The position numbers and the translations under genes are program-made. A DNA stretch of 64,000 nt, taken from positions 168,559-232,558 of the forward strand of contig JANXSZ010000001.1 of NCBI GenBank assembly GCA_025356445.1, in the 5' to 3' direction. Below, piece by piece: positions 19,118 through 28,382 of this stretch. Each line of letters starts with the position of its first letter. Within the stretch, counting starts at the first letter, position 1. Under the pieces are notes generated by a model. The model did not search any database. It had not been told where the DNA came from and saw only the letters and a program-made list of their open reading frames with translations. The DNA is from Betaproteobacteria bacterium. GTDB lineage: Bacteria > Pseudomonadota > Gammaproteobacteria > Burkholderiales > Burkholderiaceae_C.

Positions 19118-20518
19118 TTACCGCTTGGAGACCAGTGAACCCAGCACCATGCCCAGCACCGCCGCCAGCAAACCCATCAACTGCGCAGGCCATGCTTCAC
19201 CCCAAGGTGTGGCGAGAAACAGTACCCAGGTCAGTAAGCCCAACCCAATCGATAACAACGCACCCTGCGTGGTGGCGCGCTGCCAGTACAAGCCTGCCAC
19301 CAGCGGCACAAAAGCGCCCACCAGCGTTACTTGGTACGCCCCAGAAACCATCTCGTAAATCGATGTGCCCTGCATTTTGACGGCGTAGACCAGCACCAGC
19401 GCACTGAACACCAGCACCGTGATGCGCATGGTTTTCAGCTCGCTACGGTCGCTCATTTTGGGGCGAAACTGCCGCCAAATATTCTCGACAAACGTCACAC
19501 TCGGGGCCAACAACGTGGCGGAAGCACTGGATTTGATGGCTGACAGCAACGCACCAAAGAACAGCACCTGCATCACAAAGGGCATCTTTTCCAACACCAA
19601 CGTGGGCAACACCTTCTGCGGATCGTCTTTCAGCAGGGCAGCAGTTTGCTCGGGCATGATGAGCAGCGCACTCGCGACCAGAAACATGGGGACAAAGGCA
19701 AACAGGATGTAACAAATCCCGCCGATCACCGGCCCACGCGTGGCCGCATACGGGCTGTTGGCCGACATCACTCGCTGAAACACATCTTGCTGAGGGATGG
19801 AACCGAACATCATCGTGATGGCGGCGGCGAAAAAGAACAACATGTCTTTGAAACTGGGTTCAGGCCAGAAACGGAACAAATCCTTGCTGACCGCGAATGC
19901 CAGCACCTTGCTCGCGCCACCCGCCATATTCCCCGCAAACACGGCCAAAATAGCCAGTCCACCAACCAGAATAATCATCTGGATAAAGTCCGTCACAGCC
20001 ACCGACCACATGCCACCATAAAGCGTATAGGCCAAAATGGACACCACACCAATCACCATGCCCAGGGGTATGCCAATGGCACCGGCCGACAGCACATTGA
20101 ACACCAGCCCCAGGGCGGTCACCTGTGCCGACACCCAACCCAAGTAACTCAGCATGATGATGAGCGAACACAGCACCTCCACGGTACGGCCAAAACGGTT
20201 GCGGTAATAGTCACTGATGGTCAATAAATCCATCTTGTAGAGCTTGCCGGCAAAGAACAGCCCCACCAAAATCAAACAGGTACCCGCACCAAACGGATCC
20301 TCCACCACACCATTCAAGCCGCTGTTGACAAACTTGGCCGGAATACCCAGCACGGTTTCCGAGCCAAACCAGGTGGCAAAAGTGGTGGTCACAATCATCG
20401 CCAGCGGCAGCCTGCGCCCAGCAATAGCGAAATCAGCAGAGTTTTTAACCCGCCGAGCGGCAACCAAGCCAATCGCAATGGTGACCAGCAAATAAATAAA
20501 AACCAATGTCAACAGCAC
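19118..20518 (-). CDS. sodium:solute symporter (SSS) family transporter
   Basis: 466 aa with about 12-13 predicted TM segments. The N-terminal motif region AGRRLPLAMIVTTTFATWFGSETVLG is typical of the SSS family. Substrate unknown. Confidence 0.8.
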   Translation of the reverse strand: MLLTLVFIYLLVTIAIGLVAARRVKNSADFAIAGRRLPLAMIVTTTFATWFGSETVLGIPAKFVNSGLNGVVEDPFGAGTCLILVGLFFAGKLYKMDLLTISDYYRNRFGRTVEVLCSLIIMLSYLGWVSAQVTALGLVFNVLSAGAIGIPLGMVIGVVSILAYTLYGGMWSVAVTDFIQMIILVGGLAILAVFAGNMAGGASKVLAFAVSKDLFRFWPEPSFKDMLFFFAAAITMMFGSIPQQDVFQRVMSANSPYAATRGPVIGGICYILFAFVPMFLVASALLIMPEQTAALLKDDPQKVLPTLVLEKMPFVMQVLFFGALLSAIKSSASATLLAPSVTFVENIWRQFRPKMSDRSELKTMRITVLVFSALVLVYAVKMQGTSIYEMVSGAYQVTLVGAFVPLVAGLYWQRATTQGALLSIGLGLLTWVLFLATPWGEAWPAQLMGLLAAVLGMVLGSLVSKR

Positions 20519-20556
20519 GGTGAACCCTTTAAACCTCTGAATATCGCCTCAGCGCC

Positions 20557-22128
20557 TTAAAACAGCTTGACCCGCACCACCAGCTGCATCACAAAAAGCC
20601 CCAGCGTAAAGCCAAGTGCGCCGTATATCAGCCCTTGCAGCAGCTTATTGGTGCGCTGCTGCGCTTCCAGCAACGCCTGCAAACTTCGTTCCTGCGCAGA
20701 CGTACTGTTACGCTGCTTCAAAAACTCTACCATCAAGCGCGGTAACTCAGGGAGGAACTTGGCGTAGCGTGGCGCTTCGGCTTTGAGCTGGTCAATGAGT
20801 TTTTGAGGACCCACTTGGTTAATCATCCAAGTCTCAAGGAACGGCTTGGCCGTAGCCCATAAATCCAATTCAGGGTCAAGCTGACGGCCCAAGCCTTCGA
20901 TGTTAAGCAGTGTTTTTTGCAGGAGCACCAATTGCGGCTGGATTTCAACCTGGAAACGGCGCGAAGTCTGGAACAACCGCATCAGCACCAGCCCCAGTGA
21001 GATTTCTTTCAGCGGGCGATCAAAGTACGGCTCACACACCGAACGGATGGCGGACTCCAACTCGTCCACCCGCGTCGTCGCAGGCACCCAGCCCGATTCG
21101 ATGTGCAACTCGGCCACGCGCTTGTAGTCGCGCCGGAAAAACGCGGTGAAGTTTTGCGCCAAATACTCTTTGTCCACCTCAGTCAGCGTACCGACGATGC
21201 CAAAATCCAGCGAAATGTAGCGCCCCAATGTCTCAGGTGCAATGCTGACCATGATGTTGCCCGGGTGCATGTCGGCATGGAAAAACCCATCGCGAAACAC
21301 CTGGGTAAAAAACAGCGTGACACCATCACGGGCCAGTTGTTTCATGTCCACACCAGCCTCAATCAACTTGTCCGTCTGGTTGATTGGTATGCCACTCATG
21401 CGCTCCATCACCATCACCTCAGGATGGCAGTAATCCCAAAACATCTCGGGGATCAACACCAAATCCAACCCGGCCATGTTGCGCCGCAGCTGAGCAGCAC
21501 TAGAAGCTTCACGCACCAAGTCCAACTCGTCGTGCAGGTATTTATCGAACTCGGCCACCACTTCACGCGGCTTCAGGCGCTTACCGTCAGCGGACGAACC
21601 TTCCACCCAACCGGCCATCATGCGCATCAACCCCAAGTCTTTCTCAATAGCAGGCAGCATATTGGGACGCAGCACCTTTACAGCCACATCGCGCTCCACG
21701 CCATTGCGGTCAAGGATGCGTGCAAAGTGCACCTGGGCGATAGACGCGCTAGCGACGGGTGTGCGGTCGAATTGCGTAAAAATTTGGCCAATCGGCTTAC
21801 GAAAAGCGCGCTCAATGGTCGCAACAGCCACCTCAGAGCCAAACGGTGGCACGCGGTCCTGCAACAAAGCCAGCTCATCCGAAATATCGACAGGCAGCAA
21901 ATCACGGCGGGTAGAAAGCACTTGGCCAAACTTCACAAAGATAGGCCCAAGCTGCTCCAGCGCTTCACGCAGACGCTGACCACGTGGTGCGTCCAGCTTG
22001 CGACCCAGCGTGACAATACGGGTCAAACGGCGCAACCAGGGATGGGAGAAGCTGGACAACACCAGCTCGTCCAGTCCATAGCGCAGCACGATCATCAAGA
22101 TGTAGGTGCCACGCATGAAGCGCGTCAT
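20557..22128 (-). CDS. ubiB: ubiquinone biosynthesis regulatory kinase-like protein UbiB
   Basis: 523 aa with an ABC1/UbiB signature ([27 protein letters not shown]) and a C-terminal TM helix. Confidence 0.93.
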   Translation of the reverse strand: MTRFMRGTYILMIVLRYGLDELVLSSFSHPWLRRLTRIVTLGRKLDAPRGQRLREALEQLGPIFVKFGQVLSTRRDLLPVDISDELALLQDRVPPFGSEVAVATIERAFRKPIGQIFTQFDRTPVASASIAQVHFARILDRNGVERDVAVKVLRPNMLPAIEKDLGLMRMMAGWVEGSSADGKRLKPREVVAEFDKYLHDELDLVREASSAAQLRRNMAGLDLVLIPEMFWDYCHPEVMVMERMSGIPINQTDKLIEAGVDMKQLARDGVTLFFTQVFRDGFFHADMHPGNIMVSIAPETLGRYISLDFGIVGTLTEVDKEYLAQNFTAFFRRDYKRVAELHIESGWVPATTRVDELESAIRSVCEPYFDRPLKEISLGLVLMRLFQTSRRFQVEIQPQLVLLQKTLLNIEGLGRQLDPELDLWATAKPFLETWMINQVGPQKLIDQLKAEAPRYAKFLPELPRLMVEFLKQRNSTSAQERSLQALLEAQQRTNKLLQGLIYGALGFTLGLFVMQLVVRVKLF

Positions 22129-22694
22129 GGTGCTGTCTTTCGCTCAGCCCATTCGGCGTCCGGCTTCACACCCTTGGGCAAGTTTGCGACAAAACCGCGC
22201 AAGGCGCTGGTCATGCCTTGGCCGATTTGACCCAGACGGTGCGCCATCACATCGCCCACGATTTTGGACAAGTCTTCCTCCACATCCCAACGTACATGGT
22301 CGACCAGCCAGTTCACCTCAGCAGCCAACTGAACATCACCTTCAATGCGTACTTCAGGTTTGTCGCCACGCAAGGTTTTTTGCAGCACATCCAAGGGTGA
22401 AGCCTGGGTCACCGTGAGCGTCAAATCAGGGGCAACGCCTGGCATGGCAACATCAAGCAGTCCTGCAGAGGTTGCTACCAAATTAAGAGCAAATAAACGC
22501 CACTGGACAAGCACCACCAATCCTTTTTGCCGTTGAAGACGGGCCATGGCTTCGGGTTCTTGTTGCAACACGTGGTTGAGCAGCAGCACCACACGGTGTT
22601 GCACCTCATGCACGGCCCAAGGAGGTGGGGTAAGACGCGCCGCCAAGCCGTTGAAAGCGCTGTCCAGAAATGAAAAAGGAGACTGTGTTGCCAT
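22125..22694 (-). CDS. ubiJ: SCP2-domain ubiquinone biosynthesis accessory factor UbiJ
   Basis: 189 aa. It overlaps ubiB by 4 nt and occupies the ubiE-ubiJ-ubiB position. The pattern is SCP2-like hydrophobic. Confidence 0.7.
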   Translation of the reverse strand: MATQSPFSFLDSAFNGLAARLTPPPWAVHEVQHRVVLLLNHVLQQEPEAMARLQRQKGLVVLVQWRLFALNLVATSAGLLDVAMPGVAPDLTLTVTQASPLDVLQKTLRGDKPEVRIEGDVQLAAEVNWLVDHVRWDVEEDLSKIVGDVMAHRLGQIGQGMTSALRGFVANLPKGVKPDAEWAERKTAP

Positions 22695-22763
22695 AGTCTC
22701 CTATTATTGCGAGTTTCAAAGCGGCTTTCACCGCAGACCATCAGGCCACTGCGCGACCGTGGT

Positions 22764-23786
22764 TTACTGCAAAGCCTGCACCCCAGCGACCAGCCAGCCA
22801 CCGCCGGTTTTGCCCTTGGTCATGTTCCAGACCTCACGGAAAGAACTGGGGCCAGCGGAGGCGTCTTCGCGGATCATGCCGGAGAACTCCACACTGGCCA
22901 TGTAGCTGTCGGCAAGCTCCTCAATACCCAGCAACTGCGCTTCAAGCACCATCACCTCGGTTTTGTTGGGGTTGGTGCCACCATGGGATTCGCGCTCGGC
23001 CAGCTGGGTTTTGATCTCGCTCAGCATGGCGTCAGTCATCATCACCCGCAGGGCGGGGATGTCAGAGCGGTCCCAGGCATCTTGCAGGTTAATGAAGTTG
23101 CCCTTGGCTGAATTCAAGAAGCCAGCGCTGTCAAAGTCAGCAGGCACACTCCAGGTTTGCGAGCCGCGCAAGGCTGAGCCGATCATGCTGTCACCACCGG
23201 TTTGCGCCGACGTTTTGTTCGCGTCAAAAGCCATGCTGTTGCGCTCCCAGGGGCGGGCAGAGGCATCGTTGCCTACATTCTCAGGGCTATAGCTGCGGGG
23301 TACGCTGGCATCGGCAGGCGGGCTACCCGCTGCTTGCAACGCAAAGCCACCGCGCTGCATACCTGCCGAGCCCACATCACCACCAGCTTGTTTTGCACGG
23401 CGAGCACGCATTACCGCGCCAAACACCATCATCCCAACCATCACCAGCAAACCAATCAGGATGAACTGACCAAAGCCTTCACCAAAGCCCATGGAATGCG
23501 CTAACCAGGCCAAGCCCAAGCCAGCAGCCACGCCGCCCAGCATGGCGCCCCAAGGGCGCTTGGGTGCGACCGCAGCAGGAGCTGCCATAGGGGGTGCGGC
23601 GGGCCGTGCTGCAGCCGCACTTTGCGCAGGGCTGGCCGCTGCACCCGACATACCACCAGCTTCGCGCTGGGTGACGTTGCTGGACTGCTGCCCCATGGAT
23701 TTACCACCGCCCATACGGCGTGCAGCATCGGCATTCACGCTGGCGAAAGCCATCGCAGCGACAAGCACAAGAGATAACAGTTTCAT
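22764..23786 (-). CDS. Tim44-like domain membrane protein
   Basis: 340 aa. It has a signal peptide, an Ala/Pro-rich linker, two TM helices (GAMLGGVAAGLGLAWLA, FILIGLLVMVGMMVFGAV) and a C-terminal Tim44-like domain (FLNSAKGNFINLQDAWDRSDIPALRVMMTDAM...). Confidence 0.75.
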   Translation of the reverse strand: MKLLSLVLVAAMAFASVNADAARRMGGGKSMGQQSSNVTQREAGGMSGAAASPAQSAAAARPAAPPMAAPAAVAPKRPWGAMLGGVAAGLGLAWLAHSMGFGEGFGQFILIGLLVMVGMMVFGAVMRARRAKQAGGDVGSAGMQRGGFALQAAGSPPADASVPRSYSPENVGNDASARPWERNSMAFDANKTSAQTGGDSMIGSALRGSQTWSVPADFDSAGFLNSAKGNFINLQDAWDRSDIPALRVMMTDAMLSEIKTQLAERESHGGTNPNKTEVMVLEAQLLGIEELADSYMASVEFSGMIREDASAGPSSFREVWNMTKGKTGGGWLVAGVQALQ

Positions 23787-23846
23787 TTTTGACTCCTAAT
23801 GGTTTTAACTTTTATGGACTTTTAAAGCGATGCAGATCGTTGTGGC

Positions 23847-24578
23847 TCAACACTTGATTCCAACATGCAAAGCCACGACACCGCCCGTCATGTTGTGGTA
23901 ATCCACGTGACCAAATCCGCTTTCCTTCATCAGGGTCTTTAAGGCTTCTTGCCCAGGATGCATGCGGATGGACTCGGCCAAATAGCGGTAGCTGGCCTCA
24001 TCACCAGCCACCATCGAGCCTAACTTAGGCAGAATATTGAATGAGTACCAGTCGTACACCTTCTCCAAAGATGAGGCGACTTTGGAAAATTCCAAGACCA
24101 GCAGCTTGCCGCCTGGCTTCAGCACACGGTTCATCTCGGCCAAGGCCACATCCTTGTGCGTCATGTTGCGCAAACCAAAGGCGACGCTCACACGGTCAAA
24201 GCTGCCATCGGCAAAGGGTAGCTTCTCAGCATCACAGACCAGCGTAGGCAACGACAAACCCTCGTCGAGCAAGCGATCCCGCCCAGTACGCAGCATGGCT
24301 TCGTTGATGTCGGTGTGAACCACCTGGCCCGTTTTACCCACTTTTTTAGCAAAAGCACGGGCCAAATCCCCGGTGCCACCAGCAATGTCCAGCACGCGAT
24401 GGCCTTCATGCAAATCGGCCACCAGCACGGTGTAGGCCTTCCAGGCGCGGTGCAACCCCATGGACATGAGATCGTTCATCACGTCGTATTTACTGGCGAC
24501 GGAATCAAACACGCCGCGCACGCGCTGCGCTTTGTCGCGCTCATCTACCGATTGAAAACCAAAGTGTGTTGTGCTCAT
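23847..24578 (-). CDS. ubiE: ubiquinone/menaquinone C-methyltransferase UbiE
   Basis: 243 aa. It has [17 protein letters not shown] and the SAM-binding [12 protein letters not shown]. Confidence 0.95.
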   Translation of the reverse strand: MSTTHFGFQSVDERDKAQRVRGVFDSVASKYDVMNDLMSMGLHRAWKAYTVLVADLHEGHRVLDIAGGTGDLARAFAKKVGKTGQVVHTDINEAMLRTGRDRLLDEGLSLPTLVCDAEKLPFADGSFDRVSVAFGLRNMTHKDVALAEMNRVLKPGGKLLVLEFSKVASSLEKVYDWYSFNILPKLGSMVAGDEASYRYLAESIRMHPGQEALKTLMKESGFGHVDYHNMTGGVVALHVGIKC

Positions 24579-24668
24579 GGGTGTAATCCTAGGGCCGAAT
24601 GCCCCGAATCAGTGCGAAAGCCCCAACTAAATTCAAAGAATTTTGGGGAGGATTTAAAAATAATAAGC

Positions 24669-24718
24669 CTGCTTCGCAAGCTGGTTGTGCTTTATATGCT
24701 ATCAAAAACAGAGCAATT
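24669..24718. repeat. dispersed ~50-nt intergenic repeat, copy D
   Basis: CTGCTTCGCAAGCTGGTTGTGCTTTATATGCTATCAAAAACAGAGCAATT. By my hand alignment it matches the copy at 57285-57334 at 33 of 50 positions. The shared core is GCTATC-N7-9-(T/G)AGC. Confidence 0.7.
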
Positions 24719-24774
24719 GAAAAGCAACATTCACCGACGGGTGTGCCCTGAATCAGGGCCTGACCATGGCGAAA

Positions 24775-25188
24775 TCAGTGGCTGCTACAGGCGTGACCGC
24801 CTTTTTCAAGCATAGGGGTATCGCGCTGCACGCCTGCCAATTGCAGGCGCTTCTCGTAATCGGCCCACAGCTGGTCATGCTGCGAGCCCAGAAAATAGAG
24901 GAAATCCCATGAAAAAATGCCGGTATCGTGCCCATCGGTAAAGCGGGGTTGCACAGCGTAGTTGCCCACCGGTTCCAGACCTTTTAAGCCTACCTCGCGC
25001 TTGCCCGTTTGCAGCACCTCCTGACCAGGGCCGTGGCCTTGCACCTCGGCTGAAGGCGAGTAGACGCGCATCAGCTCGAACGGAATGCGAAACTGCTTGC
25101 CATCCGAAAAAGCGACTTCGAGCACGCGGGATTTGGCGTGAACCGTCATCGCTTCGGGGGTGGGAGAGTTGGGGGTTAAACCGGCCAT
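24775..25188 (-). CDS. DUF971 (gamma-butyrobetaine-hydroxylase-N-terminal-like) domain protein
   Basis: 137 aa. FSDGKQFRIPFELMRVYSPSAEV...YAVQPRFTDGHDTGIFSWDFLYFLG matches the DUF971 pattern as I remember it. Confidence 0.7.
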   Translation of the reverse strand: MAGLTPNSPTPEAMTVHAKSRVLEVAFSDGKQFRIPFELMRVYSPSAEVQGHGPGQEVLQTGKREVGLKGLEPVGNYAVQPRFTDGHDTGIFSWDFLYFLGSQHDQLWADYEKRLQLAGVQRDTPMLEKGGHACSSH

Positions 25189-25204
25189 AGGGACTTGCCT
25201 TGAC

Positions 25205-26842
25205 TTAAAAATGTGCCGTCAGATTGACGTGAAGTTTGGAATCCCCTTTTTGGGGGGCGAAAGAGTTCACCGTTAAAGGCACCACACTGCCCCGGAAAAG
25301 ACGACCGTAGTCGGCCGACAGCGCTACACGCGGTGTTGCATAGCGCAGGCCTAATCCGGCACTGGCCAGACGGTCACTGCCGGGTTTGGTGGTGCCATTA
25401 GGGGTGTTGTTGCTGAGCCAACCGGCATCCACAAAACCCACGAAGCGCAAGCCAGGAGCTGTTTCCGGGGTGCTGATTTCCAAGGTGCTCAGCATGCCCC
25501 GGTCACCTGCCAGAGGCCGCTCACTGGTGCCACGCACAGAGGCCATGCCACCCAAGCCAAATTGCTCACCTGAAATCAAGGCATCCGGACTGTATTGGGC
25601 ATTGCCGCGCAGATTCCAGCGCCAGTTGCTTAAAAAATTAGCGGTGTAGCTTGCACCTGCCCTCAAGGCCTTCCAGCGGGCGCTCGTGATACGCGGGTCT
25701 TCGCTCTGGTAAGCCGCAACGTTATTGCCCTGCCCACCAGGCAAGTTGGTGGCCAGCTCGGCGTTGTAACCCCAAGCCGCACTGTCAGATTCGTACCGGC
25801 CCACATAGCCCACGCTCAATTGGCGACTGCGGCGTAGCACCTGTCCGACCAGCGGTGTGCCATTGATTTTCGATGGATCGAACTGTTTGTCGTCAAGACC
25901 GACCACCCCATAACTGCGGTAGCCTTGGTGCGTCGCAAAGTAGTAGCTGTAATTCACACCCATTGTCTGGCCAGCCCCCGTGCTGGTGAACGAGCCAAAG
26001 CTGCCCACCACATCCGAATGGGTGTAACTGGCACCAATCACCCCGCGCTGCGCGTACAGCGGTGCACGGTAAGACACCCCCAGCTGCTTCACGTTGCTGG
26101 TTTGTGCCAATGAGGTGGTGTAGGCCACTGTCAGCTGGTGGTCCAGCTTGAACAGATTGGCATAGCCTGCGGCCACGGTCACACGGTCACGCCCGGTAGC
26201 TGCACTGCCAGCGTTGCTCGCCGTGGCGGAAACCTGCCACGGCGAAGTTTCTTTCACCACCAGATGGGCATCCAGGGTGTCTGGCACCGCAGACTCCTTG
26301 ACCGCAATCTGAATTTGCTTACCTGGGTTTTCGTTGGCAATCGCTGTTTGCACCGCCAGACGCTGAAAGTTAGGCGTACCGCCTTCCTGCAATTCGGGCA
26401 AGCTGCTGCGGATATTGGTCAGATCGTACTGGCTGTTGCCTTCGACGGTGATCTTGCCCAAGCTGAATTTGACAAGGGTGAGTGCCACAGTCTCGCTGAT
26501 CTGCTGCGGCGGTAACGCCACCCGGTAGAGGCCAAAGCCCTTGTCGCGCAAAGCAGTTTCCAGAGCCGATGCTGCTTTTTGCAGGGTTTCCAGCGTGGCA
26601 TCAGGCCGGATATAAGGCGCCAGAATGCGTTGGGACTCGGCGACCCCGAGTGGGTTTTCACCCGTAAGGCTAAAACCGTTGATGGCGAACCGCGCCGCAG
26701 CTGCAGGCTCAAGCACAGCCCCGGCAGACAATGGCTGCGAATAAGCGACCTGGGGGGCCAGTGCCCATCCCCCCCCGCACACGGCGGCCCAAGCCGCCAG
26801 TACCGCACCGTGCTTCATACCGTTATTCAAATGGATGACCAT
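25205..26842 (-). CDS. ShlB/FhaC/HecB-family two-partner-secretion outer-membrane transporter (TpsB)
   Basis: 545 aa. It has a signal peptide, a POTRA-like N-terminal region (FAINGFSLTGENPL, ITVEGNSQY), a long beta-barrel-like region and a C-terminal ...LHVNLTAHF. Confidence 0.8.
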   Translation of the reverse strand: MVIHLNNGMKHGAVLAAWAAVCGGGWALAPQVAYSQPLSAGAVLEPAAAARFAINGFSLTGENPLGVAESQRILAPYIRPDATLETLQKAASALETALRDKGFGLYRVALPPQQISETVALTLVKFSLGKITVEGNSQYDLTNIRSSLPELQEGGTPNFQRLAVQTAIANENPGKQIQIAVKESAVPDTLDAHLVVKETSPWQVSATASNAGSAATGRDRVTVAAGYANLFKLDHQLTVAYTTSLAQTSNVKQLGVSYRAPLYAQRGVIGASYTHSDVVGSFGSFTSTGAGQTMGVNYSYYFATHQGYRSYGVVGLDDKQFDPSKINGTPLVGQVLRRSRQLSVGYVGRYESDSAAWGYNAELATNLPGGQGNNVAAYQSEDPRITSARWKALRAGASYTANFLSNWRWNLRGNAQYSPDALISGEQFGLGGMASVRGTSERPLAGDRGMLSTLEISTPETAPGLRFVGFVDAGWLSNNTPNGTTKPGSDRLASAGLGLRYATPRVALSADYGRLFRGSVVPLTVNSFAPQKGDSKLHVNLTAHF

Positions 26843-26854
26843 GGCTTTCCCCGC

Positions 26855-28315
26855 CTAGCGACATTGGTTGGAGACACGCAGACCCAGATCGTCCAGGACT
26901 GAAATCAAACCCACATTGCGGGTGTTGGGTAAGGGGCTGTGGTCAAAATCAATGAACCGGGGCACCACGGCAGGCCGGTCGGTACGGCCATCGGGTGCAG
27001 CAAAGCCGGCCTCACCTCGGCCCAGTTGCAGCACCTCTTTGGCCGTGATGATTTCAATGTGACCATCGCGCACATAAACATACAGACCTTCATCGTTTTC
27101 AGCCGCATTGCTGCTGAGGAACAGCGATTTGCTGTCCACCGGCACACCGTCGGGCCGAGGCAGACCATTGAGCGGTGATTCCGTCAAAGCCCGCACGCCT
27201 TGCGGACCAACAAACAGGCCCTGCCCGGCCTCCAGCACCTGCAAGGCCGTTTGCCCAGTGGGCGCTACCGCAGGGTCAGGCGTCACCTCGATGCTGCCCA
27301 ACCAAGTGAACAGGCTACAACCCGCATCAGCACAGTCCATGTCCAACCCCGTCCCGCGAATACCGACTGTGGCCGTGGGCGTGTTGAAGCCTACATTGCG
27401 GTTGTTGCTCTTGGCAATCAACCCTGTCAACGCCCGCACGGAGCCACGCAACAAAGACGCCAAAAAACGCCCTTCTGTGGGATTCTTATCGTCAAAAACA
27501 AAGTTATCCACCCGAAAGCGGGTCTGCGCCCCCAGACTGACGCGGCTGTCATCCCTGAAAGCCAGCACCGCACGGGTGGCAGCCTCGGTTTCCACCACAT
27601 CACCGGGGTAGACGCTGGCCCCTTTGACCAACAGCCGTTTTTGTCCGGCACCGTCCACCGCGTTCATGCCCCCTTCGACCGTGACCACCTTGGCGCTGGC
27701 CTGCACGGCGTTAGGCCGTGGCCGGTCTTGTACACGTGCCGATTCAGCCGTGCAGTCAGTGCCGCACAGGCGAATATCAAAGTCGGTACCGCGTATGCCC
27801 ACTGTGGCAGTCGGCGTCTGGATACGGGCCGCACCGGGCAGGTTTTTAGACACCAAACCGGTCAGAACACGCAAACCTCCTCGCAGCAGCGCCAGCACCA
27901 TGCTGTTGTCAGGACTCGGTACGCTGGCATTGGCTTGGTACTGGTACTGCTGCAAGACCAGCTCCGAATTGGGGCGCACCGTCATGCGGGTACCGTCTTG
28001 CAGTAGAACGATGGCCGTCGTGCCTTCTGCGGTTGTGATACGGTCACTTTGGCTGAGCGGCAAGCCTTTGCCCAGGGTGCGCGGAGTTTGACCAGGGGAT
28101 TGCGCAAAACCGACGCCACGGGCGTATTCGATCTCACCCACAGGGGTTCCTGGCCCGGTAGTTTGGGCCGCCACGCCCAAGCAGGCGCAGCAGGCGATGA
28201 AGATCAGACCGTTATAAAGTGCCTTCAGCACAGCCCCCGGGCGTTGTGTCCTTCGTCTCTCGATGTTCTCCATGCTTGCTCCCAATAGCGCAGTCCAACC
28301 TAAACCCGTCACCAT
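26855..28315 (-). CDS. secreted protein with tandem FecR-like domains
   Basis: 486 aa. A signal peptide follows the alternative start at 28273 (MENIERRR...LIFIACCACLGVAAQT). There are two internally repeated modules, each ending in TPTATVGIRGT, plus a third degenerate module. The pattern DRITTAEGTTAIVLLQDGTRMTVRPNSELVL is FecR-domain-like. Confidence 0.7.
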   Translation of the reverse strand: MVTGLGWTALLGASMENIERRRTQRPGAVLKALYNGLIFIACCACLGVAAQTTGPGTPVGEIEYARGVGFAQSPGQTPRTLGKGLPLSQSDRITTAEGTTAIVLLQDGTRMTVRPNSELVLQQYQYQANASVPSPDNSMVLALLRGGLRVLTGLVSKNLPGAARIQTPTATVGIRGTDFDIRLCGTDCTAESARVQDRPRPNAVQASAKVVTVEGGMNAVDGAGQKRLLVKGASVYPGDVVETEAATRAVLAFRDDSRVSLGAQTRFRVDNFVFDDKNPTEGRFLASLLRGSVRALTGLIAKSNNRNVGFNTPTATVGIRGTGLDMDCADAGCSLFTWLGSIEVTPDPAVAPTGQTALQVLEAGQGLFVGPQGVRALTESPLNGLPRPDGVPVDSKSLFLSSNAAENDEGLYVYVRDGHIEIITAKEVLQLGRGEAGFAAPDGRTDRPAVVPRFIDFDHSPLPNTRNVGLISVLDDLGLRVSNQCR

Positions 28316-28382
28316 TGTGCCTTCAGGCGGTCAAAAGCAACATGGAAATATTGCCACAATCTTCAGCCTCACAGCGACATAA

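Noticed and set aside
25205-28315. Search for a classical TpsA (large haemagglutinin or haemolysin with a TPS domain) or a CHASE2 sensor next to the TpsB
   Set aside because: No ORF in the window has the size or motifs of a TpsA or a CHASE2 protein. The flanking genes are the 1304-aa oxidoreductase and DUF971. I therefore reported the pair as non-canonical rather than as a standard two-partner secretion system.
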